Virus record (IMG/VR): IMGVR_UViG_3300048902_000189 | Coordinates: 1-45,163 of that record | Length of the DNA: 45,163 nucleotides | Source: a virus | Taxonomy: Duplodnaviria; Caudoviricetes | Strand: one strand, 5' to 3' | Shown: positions 1 through 8,419 of the stretch, one piece after another | Layout of the letters: the number at the start of each line of letters is the position of its first letter | How positions within the stretch are numbered: position 1 is the first letter of the stretch | Position numbers and translations under genes: made by a program | The notes under the pieces: generated by a model | Databases searched by the model: none | Told to the model about the DNA's origin: nothing | Seen by the model: only the letters and a program-made list of their open reading frames with translations

Positions 1-127
1 TTGGAGCGATTGCGCTGGTCGTGGTGACCCTGATCGTGGCGTCGTTCTGGTACTACAAGACGACAACGATTGCGTACATCGAGCACGGCTACACGCGCGC
101 GGCGGTGCCCGGCGAGGCCGGCGCGCA
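1..127 (+). repeat. Terminal direct repeat, left copy (identical to 45037-45163); probably an assembly circularisation overlap
   Basis: ttggagcgattgcgctgg...ggccggcgcgca occurs at both ends; 127 is a common de Bruijn k-mer size. Confidence 0.95.
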
Positions 128-139
128 GTGGGTGAAGCC

Positions 140-379
140 GTGACCGGCTGGTGGAGCAAGTCGCAGCGGAAGTGGCTCGTGCTCGAGGACATGAACGACC
201 ACCACCTCCGCGCCGCGTTCGAGAAGCTCAGGCGGCGCGAGTACGTCCACCCCGAGCACGACCTGACGGAGCACGACGTGAACGACCTGCTGCTCGCGTT
301 CGCCGACGAGTTCGAGCGCCGCGGATGGGACGAGAACGGCAACGCCCCGGGCTACACGAAGCCGGAGGCGGCGTCGTGA
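140..379 (+). CDS. Hypothetical phage protein
   Basis: GTGA-coupled start, GC3-rich codons. Confidence 0.7.
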   Translation: MTGWWSKSQRKWLVLEDMNDHHLRAAFEKLRRREYVHPEHDLTEHDVNDLLLAFADEFERRGWDENGNAPGYTKPEAAS

Positions 380-558
380 GGCTCGTAATCGACATGGACG
401 AGCTGCTCGCGGTCGAGCGGGAGCAGGCGGAGGCACACATCGCCATGATCGCGCCCGACACGAGCCCGGAGGACCGCAAAATCGCGGCGACGAAGGTCGT
501 TATGACGCCGCTGTCCATGCTGTCGGTCGCCGCGCGCTGTCTGCGGGTCGTCCAGTGA
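376..558 (+). CDS. Hypothetical protein (MRLVIDMDELLAVE...)
   Basis: GGAGG RBS, GTGA overlap. Confidence 0.65.
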   Translation: MRLVIDMDELLAVEREQAEAHIAMIAPDTSPEDRKIAATKVVMTPLSMLSVAARCLRVVQ

Positions 559-788
559 GGCGACACCAAGCCCTCCGCGCTGCTCGCCTCGGGCTGGACC
601 CGAGCAAGTTCGAGGTGCAGGCGCACCGCTCCGGTGGTGCCTGCCGCATCGTCATCACCCGCAGGAGCGACCTCGCACGCCTGTGCGTGGCGTCCGCGGC
701 GACGTGGCTCCAGGCCGACGCGCAGCGCCGGTCCGGCTTCCGAGAAGTGGACAGGTACCCGATCAAGGAGGACCCCGATGGCAACTGA
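555..788 (+). CDS. Hypothetical protein
   Basis: GTGA overlap within a coupled operon. Confidence 0.55.
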   Translation: MRRHQALRAARLGLDPSKFEVQAHRSGGACRIVITRRSDLARLCVASAATWLQADAQRRSGFREVDRYPIKEDPDGN

Positions 789-978
789 AGGACCGCAGGT
801 CGCGCCGTACGTCTGCCCGCAGTGCAAGAACGTGTGCCAGGCGCTGATTCCGCAGCACAACCCGGTGGGGGCGGCCGAGCACTACTGTGGCGCCTGCCAC
901 AAGAGCTACCCGGTGCCCGAGGCGGGCGAGGCCGCGCGCGAGCTGGAGCGGCAAGCGCGCCGGAACCGCCAGCCATGA
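778..978 (+). CDS. Small zinc-ribbon protein (CPQC...CGAC)
   Basis: AGGAGG RBS before ATG 778; two CxxC pairs. Confidence 0.7.
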   Translation: MATEGPQVAPYVCPQCKNVCQALIPQHNPVGAAEHYCGACHKSYPVPEAGEAARELERQARRNRQP

Positions 979-2645
979 AGCAGCGCGAGCTGGACCGCAT
1001 CCTCGACCTGCACGCGGCCTACCTCGCCGGCCAGAGCGAGGGCGAGCCGGCTGATCTCAGCGGGCAGGACCTGCGCGGGCTGAACCTCAGCAAGCGCGAT
1101 CTGCGCGAGGCCAACTTCAGCCGGGCGGACGTGCGCGAGGCCAACTTCTCCGGGGCGAAGCTGGCAGACGCCGACTTCAGCGGGGCCGACGCTCGAGGAG
1201 CCAACTTCTCCGGCGCCAACATGGCGAACACCAACACGAGCGAGGCGGACCTCACCGGGGCCAACCTCAGTGGCAACCCGGTCGACCGCGACAACCTGAA
1301 CCTGGGCGTGGTCCGGCGATCCCGCGGGCGCAGGCACCGGGAGAACGACACCACGCCGTTCAGCTTCGCCATGACGCCGGACCACCCGCGGGTCTGGTAC
1401 CACAGCATCTACCACGACCTGCTCGGGCACCCGATCCTGACCAACACGACGGGCACCGTGGCGGCGGTGAAGGCGTCGCCGGTCAACATGACCTACATCA
1501 ACCACGCCTCGAAGTTCCCGCTCACGACGCTCATGGAGCACCCGTTCATGGACTGGCGCCAGGACGTGGCGGCGCTCATCAAGAGCGTGAGCCCGTCTGG
1601 CAAGTGCCACATCGCGTGGGCCGGGAACCTCAACCTCGCCTTCGACGTGGACACGTCGTTCGACTGGACATACGGCGCGAAGTACCTGCTTTACAACTCC
1701 CCGGACCGTCGCCTGAGGGCCGCCGACAACAGCACTTGGCCGGCGTTCGGCAACGGCAGCTACTTCATCGACACCGGCCCGATCAAAGACCAGTTCCTGC
1801 AAATCTGGCTGTCGCGCGGTGCCACCAGCGGGGTCGCGAACGGGTTCTGGATCGACTGGGCGTGGGGGAACATCTCGTCGGCGAGCAGCGGCCTGGACCC
1901 GAGCAAGAACGGGTATAGCTCGAACGCCGAGAGCGACGCCTCGTCGAACGCCGGGATGCTCACCGTCATGTCGGGACTGAAGCGGTACGGGGAAATCTGG
2001 GCCAACGGCGAGATGTCCGAGACGAACCGGGCGAACCTGTCGGGGCGCATTCGCGAGTCGATGGACCCTGACGAGGGGCATTCCGGTGTCGCCAACGACC
2101 ACCCGCCGAATGGGTTCCTCACATACGACGCCTACCTCGCGGACTGCATGCTCTACATGGGCCCGGGAGCCGATGGCGGCGGGATGGCGGTTTGCATCGC
2201 CAGCCAGAACGACTCCGATACGATTTGGAGCGCAGCCTTTGGGCGCGTGTCGAGGTTCTGTGTTGGGACCGCGGCGCTGTGCGGTGGCTACGGCACCATC
2301 GTCTGCAACGATCTCGGCGCCGGGCTAAGGCCGATGCTGATCTGGGCGGACGAGTGGAGCGTGAACCCGGACGGCACCGTCGACTCCAGCGGCGCTCACA
2401 TCGGCTGGCTCGGGCGCCCCACCGAACGCCCGACGAAGGACGCGAGCGGCATCTGGGTGCGCCGGTTCCAAAAGGGCATCGTGCTCGTGAACCCGACAGG
2501 GAACACGGGGATCGACAGCAAGAACATCACCCTGGAGCGGCCCTACCGGCGCATCGCCGGGGTGCAGGACCCCACGATCAACAACGGCGCCGTCCAGCAG
2601 ACCGTGACGGTTGGCGCCCACGACTCCGCCTTCATGTTGAGGTGA
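975..2645 (+). CDS. Pentapeptide-repeat protein fused to a putative glycoside hydrolase (GHL15-like) domain
   Basis: N-terminal A(D/N)(L/F)xx pentapeptide repeats (ADLSG, ANFSR, ANFSG, ADLTG); C-terminal WVRRFQKGIVLVNPT...YRRIAGVQDPTINNG resembles GHL15-type putative glycoside hydrolases; ATGA overlap start. Confidence 0.7.
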   Translation: MKQRELDRILDLHAAYLAGQSEGEPADLSGQDLRGLNLSKRDLREANFSRADVREANFSGAKLADADFSGADARGANFSGANMANTNTSEADLTGANLSGNPVDRDNLNLGVVRRSRGRRHRENDTTPFSFAMTPDHPRVWYHSIYHDLLGHPILTNTTGTVAAVKASPVNMTYINHASKFPLTTLMEHPFMDWRQDVAALIKSVSPSGKCHIAWAGNLNLAFDVDTSFDWTYGAKYLLYNSPDRRLRAADNSTWPAFGNGSYFIDTGPIKDQFLQIWLSRGATSGVANGFWIDWAWGNISSASSGLDPSKNGYSSNAESDASSNAGMLTVMSGLKRYGEIWANGEMSETNRANLSGRIRESMDPDEGHSGVANDHPPNGFLTYDAYLADCMLYMGPGADGGGMAVCIASQNDSDTIWSAAFGRVSRFCVGTAALCGGYGTIVCNDLGAGLRPMLIWADEWSVNPDGTVDSSGAHIGWLGRPTERPTKDASGIWVRRFQKGIVLVNPTGNTGIDSKNITLERPYRRIAGVQDPTINNGAVQQTVTVGAHDSAFMLR

Positions 2646-2649
2646 TCCG

Positions 2650-3111
2650 ATGACCAAGACCGCCAAGGAAGTCGCACGGGACGCACTCTATTCGGGGAAG
2701 TCGAGGCATTTCGGTGCAGGATTGGGAATGGGCGACGCCACCGATTTCGCGGAACTCATCGTGGACGCGCTGGAGGCTGCGGGCTGGCTGCGGCCGTGCC
2801 CGAGCGATGCGCGGTTCCTCTACGCGGGGACTGACGCCGAGAAGCGGCTCGCGGATGCGATGCTGGAGTACGACAAGGAGCACAACGCGAGCCTTGGACG
2901 GCCGACTCTGGACGCCAGCGGGGAAGATGGGACGCGCCGCCGCAACGCAATCTACGACGCCCTCGCCGCCGTCCGCGCGGAGCGGGCGCCACGCAAGCGG
3001 TGGGTCGCTGTCGGCGTGACGGTCTGCGACCGAGGCCACGACCGCTACATGCTCGACAACGACGAGCAGGCCCGGATGGTCGCATCTACCCTAAACGGGC
3101 TTGAGCCATGA
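2650..3111 (+). CDS. Hypothetical protein
   Basis: GAGGTGATCC SD before the ATG. Confidence 0.65.
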   Translation: MTKTAKEVARDALYSGKSRHFGAGLGMGDATDFAELIVDALEAAGWLRPCPSDARFLYAGTDAEKRLADAMLEYDKEHNASLGRPTLDASGEDGTRRRNAIYDALAAVRAERAPRKRWVAVGVTVCDRGHDRYMLDNDEQARMVASTLNGLEP

Positions 3112-3293
3112 CCCGCCACGAGGACCGCGCCCGGAGGGCCGCCATGCTGATTCCGTTCGGCATGCTCGCCGGGCTCATCGGGGTCCAGCCCGGCCATGAG
3201 TGGTGGCGCTACGTCCTGTGCATCGCTTGTGGTGCCTGCCACGGGAATGCATTTGCAGAACTCTGGTTCGGAGGCTCCGATGCCCCCCGCTGA
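3108..3293 (+). CDS. Small membrane protein
   Basis: ATGA overlap; two hydrophobic segments. Confidence 0.55.
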   Translation: MTRHEDRARRAAMLIPFGMLAGLIGVQPGHEWWRYVLCIACGACHGNAFAELWFGGSDAPR

Positions 3294-4089
3294 CCCCCCG
3301 CAGCCGCTCTCTGCCGATCAAGAACGGTTGCTCAACAACCTGCGCGTGCTCGAACAGGATGTGTGGCCCGATGGTCGCCACCCGAACACCACAGGGTGCG
3401 TCACCGACGCAATCGCCGAACTCACCAAGCTGCGCGCCGCTCTCTCCGCCGCCACGCGGGAGCGAGACGAGGCTTCGCGTGAGGTGGCTCGAATGGACGG
3501 CATCAATAACGACCTGCGGGAGCGCGTGCGGACCGTTCTCGCTGAGCAGGAGGCCCGTGAACAGGCGACGAGCAAGAAAGCAGCGCAGGCGAACGCGGCA
3601 GTGGCTCGCCTCTGGCAGACAGCCAGTGCGGCACCGAGCGTTGTCGGGTCGGACGGGGACCGCGCACAGCAAGAAGCTGCGCTCACGGAAAGGGTGAATC
3701 GCGCCGAGGCGATGTTGGAGTGGTTGCGGTTCGGGAAGCGCGTTCACCACCGCGTCCGGCACCGGATTGCGCGCGTGCTCCGGGGCGAGACACCGGGCTG
3801 CATCGCCGCGCTCCAACACAAACTGGAGGCCGCCACGGAGCGGGCCGACCGGGCCGAGGTATCGTCGGGGTTGGCGTGGGAGGAAGCTAGGACCGAGCGG
3901 GGGGCCCGCAGGGCTGCGGAGGAGATGTTGGCCGATGCGGCTCACGTTCTGGAAAAGGCCGGGCATCGACTAGAGACTGAGGGGCACCGACAACTCAGTG
4001 CCGAATGTCTGAGCGTGGCCTCGCGCTTGTCTTTGAGCCGCGCCCGCAAGAGCGCCGACGCGAGCACGGGAGGTGGGAACGATGCTTGA
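3280..4089 (+). CDS. Hypothetical coiled-coil protein
   Basis: GGAGG before ATG 3280; heptad-rich (ELTKLRAALSAATRERDEA). Confidence 0.6.
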   Translation: MPPADPPQPLSADQERLLNNLRVLEQDVWPDGRHPNTTGCVTDAIAELTKLRAALSAATRERDEASREVARMDGINNDLRERVRTVLAEQEAREQATSKKAAQANAAVARLWQTASAAPSVVGSDGDRAQQEAALTERVNRAEAMLEWLRFGKRVHHRVRHRIARVLRGETPGCIAALQHKLEAATERADRAEVSSGLAWEEARTERGARRAAEEMLADAAHVLEKAGHRLETEGHRQLSAECLSVASRLSLSRARKSADASTGGGNDA

Positions 4090-4249
4090 CCCTGACGGCT
4101 GGCTCCGCTTGCCGAACGTGATGCCGTTGGTGCGCGCGGTCGCCGAGGTGCTGCTCGTGGGCGGTGTCCTCTCCTGCTACGCCGTCGCTGGATACGTCTG
4201 TCGCGCCCCCGAGACGCCGGGTGACGCGGGCGGAGGACAAAGTGCGTAA
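4082..4249 (+). CDS. Small membrane protein (55 aa, below the ORF-track cutoff)
   Basis: GGAGGT RBS; hydrophobic LVRAVAEVLLVGGVLSCYAVAGYVC; fills the gap between coupled genes. Confidence 0.5.
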   Translation: MLDPDGWLRLPNVMPLVRAVAEVLLVGGVLSCYAVAGYVCRAPETPGDAGGGQSA

Positions 4250-4424
4250 GCGACCGACGAAGCCGACGAGCGACCTGAAATGCAGTGTCTGCAAGGTCAA
4301 GCTCGTGGAGAGCAACCGGAGCAAATCGGGGCGCGGTCCATTGCGGGAACTGTCCTGCCCCAAATGCCGCGTCTCGTTCTTCATCCAGCGGACGCCGGGT
4401 GACGCGGGGAGCGCCGAGAAGTGA
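4242..4424 (+). CDS. Small zinc-finger protein (CSVC...CPKC)
   Basis: GGAGG RBS before GTG 4242; two CxxC pairs. Confidence 0.6.
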   Translation: MRKRPTKPTSDLKCSVCKVKLVESNRSKSGRGPLRELSCPKCRVSFFIQRTPGDAGSAEK

Positions 4425-4627
4425 GGTACCCCATGGCCGACGCCGAGGCGAAAGGGACACACAGAGCCCGAGTAGCCGTTGACGCGCTGAGGGTGTGCGA
4501 GCCGGGAAGGCGGCGCAGAACAGGCGCGTTCGCCTATCGCTGGGAGCGGGAGAAGTTCGGCCTCCGCTCTACCCGGCACTTCAGGGCGCGTCGCTCTCCG
4601 GGGACGACGCGGAAGGAGGGGGAGTGA
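4421..4627 (+). CDS. Hypothetical protein
   Basis: GTGA overlaps at both ends. Confidence 0.4.
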   Translation: MRYPMADAEAKGTHRARVAVDALRVCEPGRRRRTGAFAYRWEREKFGLRSTRHFRARRSPGTTRKEGE

Positions 4628-5277
4628 GGGTGCTCGATCTCTTCTGCGGCCTAGGCGGCTGGGGTCGGGCTTTTCGAGAGCGTGGGCACGACGTGGTCGG
4701 CGTTGACCTGGACCCGCGCTTCGGGGCCGAGATCACAGCCGACGTAATGACGCTAGACGCCGCGAGCCTGGGGAGATTCGATGTGGTTCTGTCATCGCCG
4801 CCCTGCGAAGCCTTCTCCGTCGCCAGCATCGGGCACCACTGGACTGGCGGACGGTGCGCCTACATTCCCAAGACCGACCACGCCCGGAACAGCATCGCGC
4901 TTGTGAAGCATACGCTCGATTTGATTCACGGCATCGCGCCGCAGTTCTGGGTGCTTGAGAACCCTCGCGGCGTGCTGCGTAAGCTAGGGCTGCTGGATGA
5001 GTTCGAACGCATTACGGTCACATTCTGCTCCTACGGCGAGACGCGCATGAAGCCAACTGACCTATGGGGCGGGTTCCCAGACTCCTGGCGGCCGAAACCA
5101 AAATGCAAGAATGGAGCGACATGCCATGAGCGCGCTCCTCGAGGCGCACGCACGGGCACGCAGGGATTGAAGAACGCCGCCGCGAGGGCGGAGATTCCCA
5201 CGGCCCTGGCGTTGTCGATCTGTGTCGCCGCCGAGCGCGACTCCCGCACCCCGCGAGAAAGGAGACTGACGCCGTGA
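4624..5277 (+). CDS. Short phage-type DNA (cytosine-5) methyltransferase
   Basis: Motif I VLDLFCGLGG, motif IV SPPC, motif VI ENP. Confidence 0.85.
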   Translation: MRVLDLFCGLGGWGRAFRERGHDVVGVDLDPRFGAEITADVMTLDAASLGRFDVVLSSPPCEAFSVASIGHHWTGGRCAYIPKTDHARNSIALVKHTLDLIHGIAPQFWVLENPRGVLRKLGLLDEFERITVTFCSYGETRMKPTDLWGGFPDSWRPKPKCKNGATCHERAPRGARTGTQGLKNAAARAEIPTALALSICVAAERDSRTPRERRLTP

Positions 5278-5335
5278 CTTCATGGTCGAAAGCATTGCCG
5301 ATCCTGCTGGCGGGCTGTCTCGCGGCGGGGCGACC

Positions 5336-5632
5336 GTGAGCGAATCTGGCGAGGAGTTCGACGCGGCCTACTGGCCAAGGACCAAGAGAAAGGGGTCGAA
5401 GATGGGCGCAGCGAGTTGGGCGACCGAGGAAATGAGGTTCACGGACCTGAACGGGGCGCAGACGGAGTGCTACGTGTTCGTGAGCGCCGCGGGCGACTAT
5501 CCGATTCAAGTTCCGGGCTGGTATCACCGCTCATTCCCCGCGACCATGAGCGTGCTCGACATCCTCAACGGCATCCAGCAGGGCACGGTTCCCGGCGTCC
5601 TTGAGTGGGACCGGGGAGCGCCGAAGCCGTGA
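5336..5632 (+). CDS. Hypothetical protein
   Basis: GTG coupled to a micro-ORF stop; in frame with track ORF 5282..5632. Confidence 0.55.
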   Translation: MSESGEEFDAAYWPRTKRKGSKMGAASWATEEMRFTDLNGAQTECYVFVSAAGDYPIQVPGWYHRSFPATMSVLDILNGIQQGTVPGVLEWDRGAPKP

Positions 5633-6036
5633 CCCCGACGCCGAGCGAGCAGGACCGGGAGTGGCTGGAAAAGATGGCCGAGAGAGAGGGCGGCGCGCAG
5701 GTATCCGCGGGCGGGCTCGCGGCCGACCTCGGAATGCTGGCGAAGCCGATGACGGAGGAACAAGAGAAGGCGATGCGCGCTGCAACCACCGGCGGCGGTG
5801 ACTACGCCACTCATTCGGCCGGCGTCGTCGCATGGAAGAACATCTGGGCGACGCTCGATGCTGCTCGCGCCGAAACGGCCGCCGCCTATCGCCGTGGGGC
5901 GGAGGACGCGGCGGACATCGTTGAGCGTCACTTCGCCACATGCAATGACCGGGACGACATCGTGTGCGCCGGGCAGAACTGCGAGACCCTGATTCTCTCG
6001 GGCATCCGCTCTCTGGCTGTGGAGACTGAGCCGTGA
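5629..6036 (+). CDS. Hypothetical protein
   Basis: GTGA overlap. Confidence 0.6.
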   Translation: MTPTPSEQDREWLEKMAEREGGAQVSAGGLAADLGMLAKPMTEEQEKAMRAATTGGGDYATHSAGVVAWKNIWATLDAARAETAAAYRRGAEDAADIVERHFATCNDRDDIVCAGQNCETLILSGIRSLAVETEP

Positions 6037-6275
6037 GCCGGGTGCTGCTGTTCGTGGGCGACCCGCCGAAGGTTCGCAAGTCGTTCGGGCCGTCGCAGGG
6101 GTGGAACCGGGCGCGCGCTCACGCTTATGCGACGAGGGTTGCCGACCGCTGGTGGCTCGTTGAATGCGAGAACGCGAAGCACGGGCGCGGCCTGATTGCG
6201 CTCGTGAACCCCGGGGCGATGGAGCAAGGCCCCGTGCGGCCGCATCCTCGCCAGCGGTGGGGCTGTGGAGACTGA
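6033..6275 (+). CDS. Hypothetical protein, flanked by 16-bp direct repeats
   Basis: GTGA overlap; GGAG RBS. Confidence 0.55.
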   Translation: MSRVLLFVGDPPKVRKSFGPSQGWNRARAHAYATRVADRWWLVECENAKHGRGLIALVNPGAMEQGPVRPHPRQRWGCGD

Positions 6276-6287
6276 GGGGAGGGGGAC

Positions 6288-6557
6288 GTGAGGACCATCG
6301 AAGTCGCTTCTACCAAACACATGGACAGTTTCCGGGGGAGCGCCGAGCTAACAAGGTTCCGCAAGGTCCTGTCCGATGTGTTGGGCATCACGGGTGCGCT
6401 GATGACGGACCATAGCTTCGTCTCCGACTTCACCACGGACCCGGACGACCTCGCTTCGATGGCGTTGGCGCTGGGCGTAAAGCTCCGTCGCCCCGGTGTC
6501 AGCGTGGTCAGCGTCCTCGCCCGGATGCGAAAGAAGTCTTGGAGCCGGAAGCCATGA
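6288..6557 (+). CDS. Hypothetical protein
   Basis: GGAGG RBS. Confidence 0.55.
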   Translation: MRTIEVASTKHMDSFRGSAELTRFRKVLSDVLGITGALMTDHSFVSDFTTDPDDLASMALALGVKLRRPGVSVVSVLARMRKKSWSRKP

Positions 6558-6817
6558 CCTCCCCACTCTCGCGGCTCAAGCAGGCGGCGGACGCGCAGAG
6601 CGACGGCTCATTCTTTGAGGGCGACAAGGAGTGGCACGCCCGCGTCGCCAAGTCCGACCTCCGGGCTGCGCTCGCTGCCGTAGAGGCGCTGCGCGACACG
6701 GCAACCGACATGCAGTGGGCCGAGGACGACGACTACAACGCGCCCGGGCTCGACGTGCTCAAGCTGGCGAAGGACAAGGCAACCGTCGCGCTCGCCGCGC
6801 TCGATAGGGAGGGGTGA
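6554..6817 (+). CDS. Hypothetical protein
   Basis: ATGA overlap. Confidence 0.6.
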   Translation: MTSPLSRLKQAADAQSDGSFFEGDKEWHARVAKSDLRAALAAVEALRDTATDMQWAEDDDYNAPGLDVLKLAKDKATVALAALDREG

Positions 6818-6821
6818 TCCG

Positions 6822-7292
6822 ATGGGTCCGTTCGTGACGATCACCGCGGAGGCCGTGGCCCGGTCCAAGCGCGACGCCGCGTGGCACGTGGCGCGGGCGA
6901 AGCGCAAGAAGTGGAACGGCGTGGGCTACGACGGTCCGAACCGCGGGCGCGACAACTTCGGCGGCTACTGCGCCGAGGAAGCCGTGGCGGCGCTGATGGG
7001 GATCGCGTTCAAGCGCGACCTGAACGGGTTCCACAAGGCGGACGTCGGCCCCTGGTCGGTCCGCTTCGGCACCGTCCGCGGCTACGGCCTCGTGATCCAC
7101 GACCGGGACGGCCCCCAGCCCTACGTCTTGGTGACGCCCGGGCACCTCGAGCGGGAGTTTGAGATCGTCGGCTGGCTGCGGCGCGCCGAGGCGCTGGACC
7201 TTCAGCGCGCCGGCATCGGGCGCCAGCTCCAGGGCACGACGCACCCGTGGCTGATCCCGCCGGAGTACCTGCGGCCGTGGGGGGCGAAGTGA
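6822..7292 (+). CDS. Hypothetical phage protein, possibly PD-(D/E)XK nuclease-like
   Basis: GxxAExAVA...KADV...YVLV...FEIVGW pattern; strong SD. Confidence 0.55.
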   Translation: MGPFVTITAEAVARSKRDAAWHVARAKRKKWNGVGYDGPNRGRDNFGGYCAEEAVAALMGIAFKRDLNGFHKADVGPWSVRFGTVRGYGLVIHDRDGPQPYVLVTPGHLEREFEIVGWLRRAEALDLQRAGIGRQLQGTTHPWLIPPEYLRPWGAK

Positions 7293-8419
7293 GGTTCGGC
7301 TCCCTGTTCGCTGGCGTCGGCGGCTTCGACCTCGGGTTCGAGCGCGCGGGCCTCGAGTGCGCGTGGCAGGTGGAGATTGAGCCGGCGTGCGGCGCGGTGC
7401 TCAAGCGACACTGGCCGGACGTGCAGCTGCACGCGGACGTGCGGCAGGTCGGGCGGTACAATCTGGCGCCGGTTGACGTGGTGTGCGGCGGGTTCCCGTG
7501 CCAGGACTTGAGCGTTGCCGGCGCGCGCGCAGGGCTGGCGGGCGAGCGGTCCGGGCTGTTCTACGAAATGGCGAGGATCGTCGATGAGCTCCGACCTCTT
7601 TGGGTGGTCTGGGAGAACGTCCCAGGGCTGTTCACTAGCAACGGTGGCCGAGACTTTGCGGCGGTCCTCTCAGAGCTGGACCGCATCGGGTACGGTGGAG
7701 CGTGGACGGTGCTCGACGCTCGATACTTCGGACTGGCCCAGCGACGCCGCCGCATTTTCGGAGTGTTCACTCGCCTCGGTGCTGCTGCCGATCGCGCCGC
7801 CGAGGTACTCGCTCTCTCCGCGCGCGTGCGCGGGTATCCTCCGCCGCGCAGCGAAGCGCGGGCGGCTGTTGCCTCCCCACTTGGCGGAGGTTCTGGCGAT
7901 CGTGGCCGGCGAGACAACCTCGACAGCTCCGGGGCCTTCGTCGCGCTCGACACCGGGAGCGGCGGACCCGACGACAACGACGCCCAGGCCGGCCGGTTGC
8001 TCGCCAATCCCGTGAGCGCGAACGAGGGCCGCACGTACACGCATGAGGGCGCCGGCAACTTCCGCCTGCGGAACGTCGTGCCCGAGGTGGCGTGGGCGCT
8101 CCAGGAGCGCGACGCGAAGGGCGCCGACAGCGACACGAAGGACGGCCACCTAATCCCGTTCGACGAGCGGCAGGTGACGCACCCCGAGAACCGTTCGCGG
8201 TGCGAGCCAGGGGCGCCGTGTCACACGCTCCACGAGCTGCCGCCGTCGCTGGCATCGCGCCGCGGTGTGCGGCGCCTGACCCCGCTCGAGTGCGAGCGGC
8301 TCCAGGGCTTCCCCGACGGCTGGACCGAGGGCCACGCGGACGCGCCGCGCTACCGCATGATGGGCAACGCCGTGCCGCCGCCGGTCGCGCGGTGGATTGG
8401 CTCGAGGCTGCCCCGGTGA
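7289..8419 (+). CDS. DNA (cytosine-5) methyltransferase, alpha polypeptide
   Basis: FGSLFAGVGG (I), GGFPCQDLS (IV), ENVPG (VI), QRRRRIF (VIII), RRLTPLECERLQGFPD and RYRMMGNAV (C-terminal motifs). Confidence 0.93.
   Translation: MRFGSLFAGVGGFDLGFERAGLECAWQVEIEPACGAVLKRHWPDVQLHADVRQVGRYNLAPVDVVCGGFPCQDLSVAGARAGLAGERSGLFYEMARIVDELRPLWVVWENVPGLFTSNGGRDFAAVLSELDRIGYGGAWTVLDARYFGLAQRRRRIFGVFTRLGAAADRAAEVLALSARVRGYPPPRSEARAAVASPLGGGSGDRGRRDNLDSSGAFVALDTGSGGPDDNDAQAGRLLANPVSANEGRTYTHEGAGNFRLRNVVPEVAWALQERDAKGADSDTKDGHLIPFDERQVTHPENRSRCEPGAPCHTLHELPPSLASRRGVRRLTPLECERLQGFPDGWTEGHADAPRYRMMGNAVPPPVARWIGSRLPR
7584..8015 (+). CDS. Nested alternative-frame ORF: M.EcoHK31I-type methyltransferase beta subunit-like protein
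   Basis: GAGGA RBS then ATG 7584 in the +1 frame; SLASVL...PPRYSLSPRACAGILRRAAKRGRLLPPHL resembles the beta polypeptide of split C5-MTases. Confidence 0.7.
   Translation: MSSDLFGWSGRTSQGCSLATVAETLRRSSQSWTASGTVERGRCSTLDTSDWPSDAAAFSECSLASVLLPIAPPRYSLSPRACAGILRRAAKRGRLLPPHLAEVLAIVAGETTSTAPGPSSRSTPGAADPTTTTPRPAGCSPIP

Noticed and set aside
1-127. 127-bp terminal repeat as a biological DTR
   Set aside because: It falls inside a coding sequence and equals a common assembler k-mer length, so it indicates circularity only
1040-1275. Tandem ~30-bp DNA repeats as a CRISPR array or VNTR
   Set aside because: Explained by pentapeptide-repeat coding; no spacers and no cas genes
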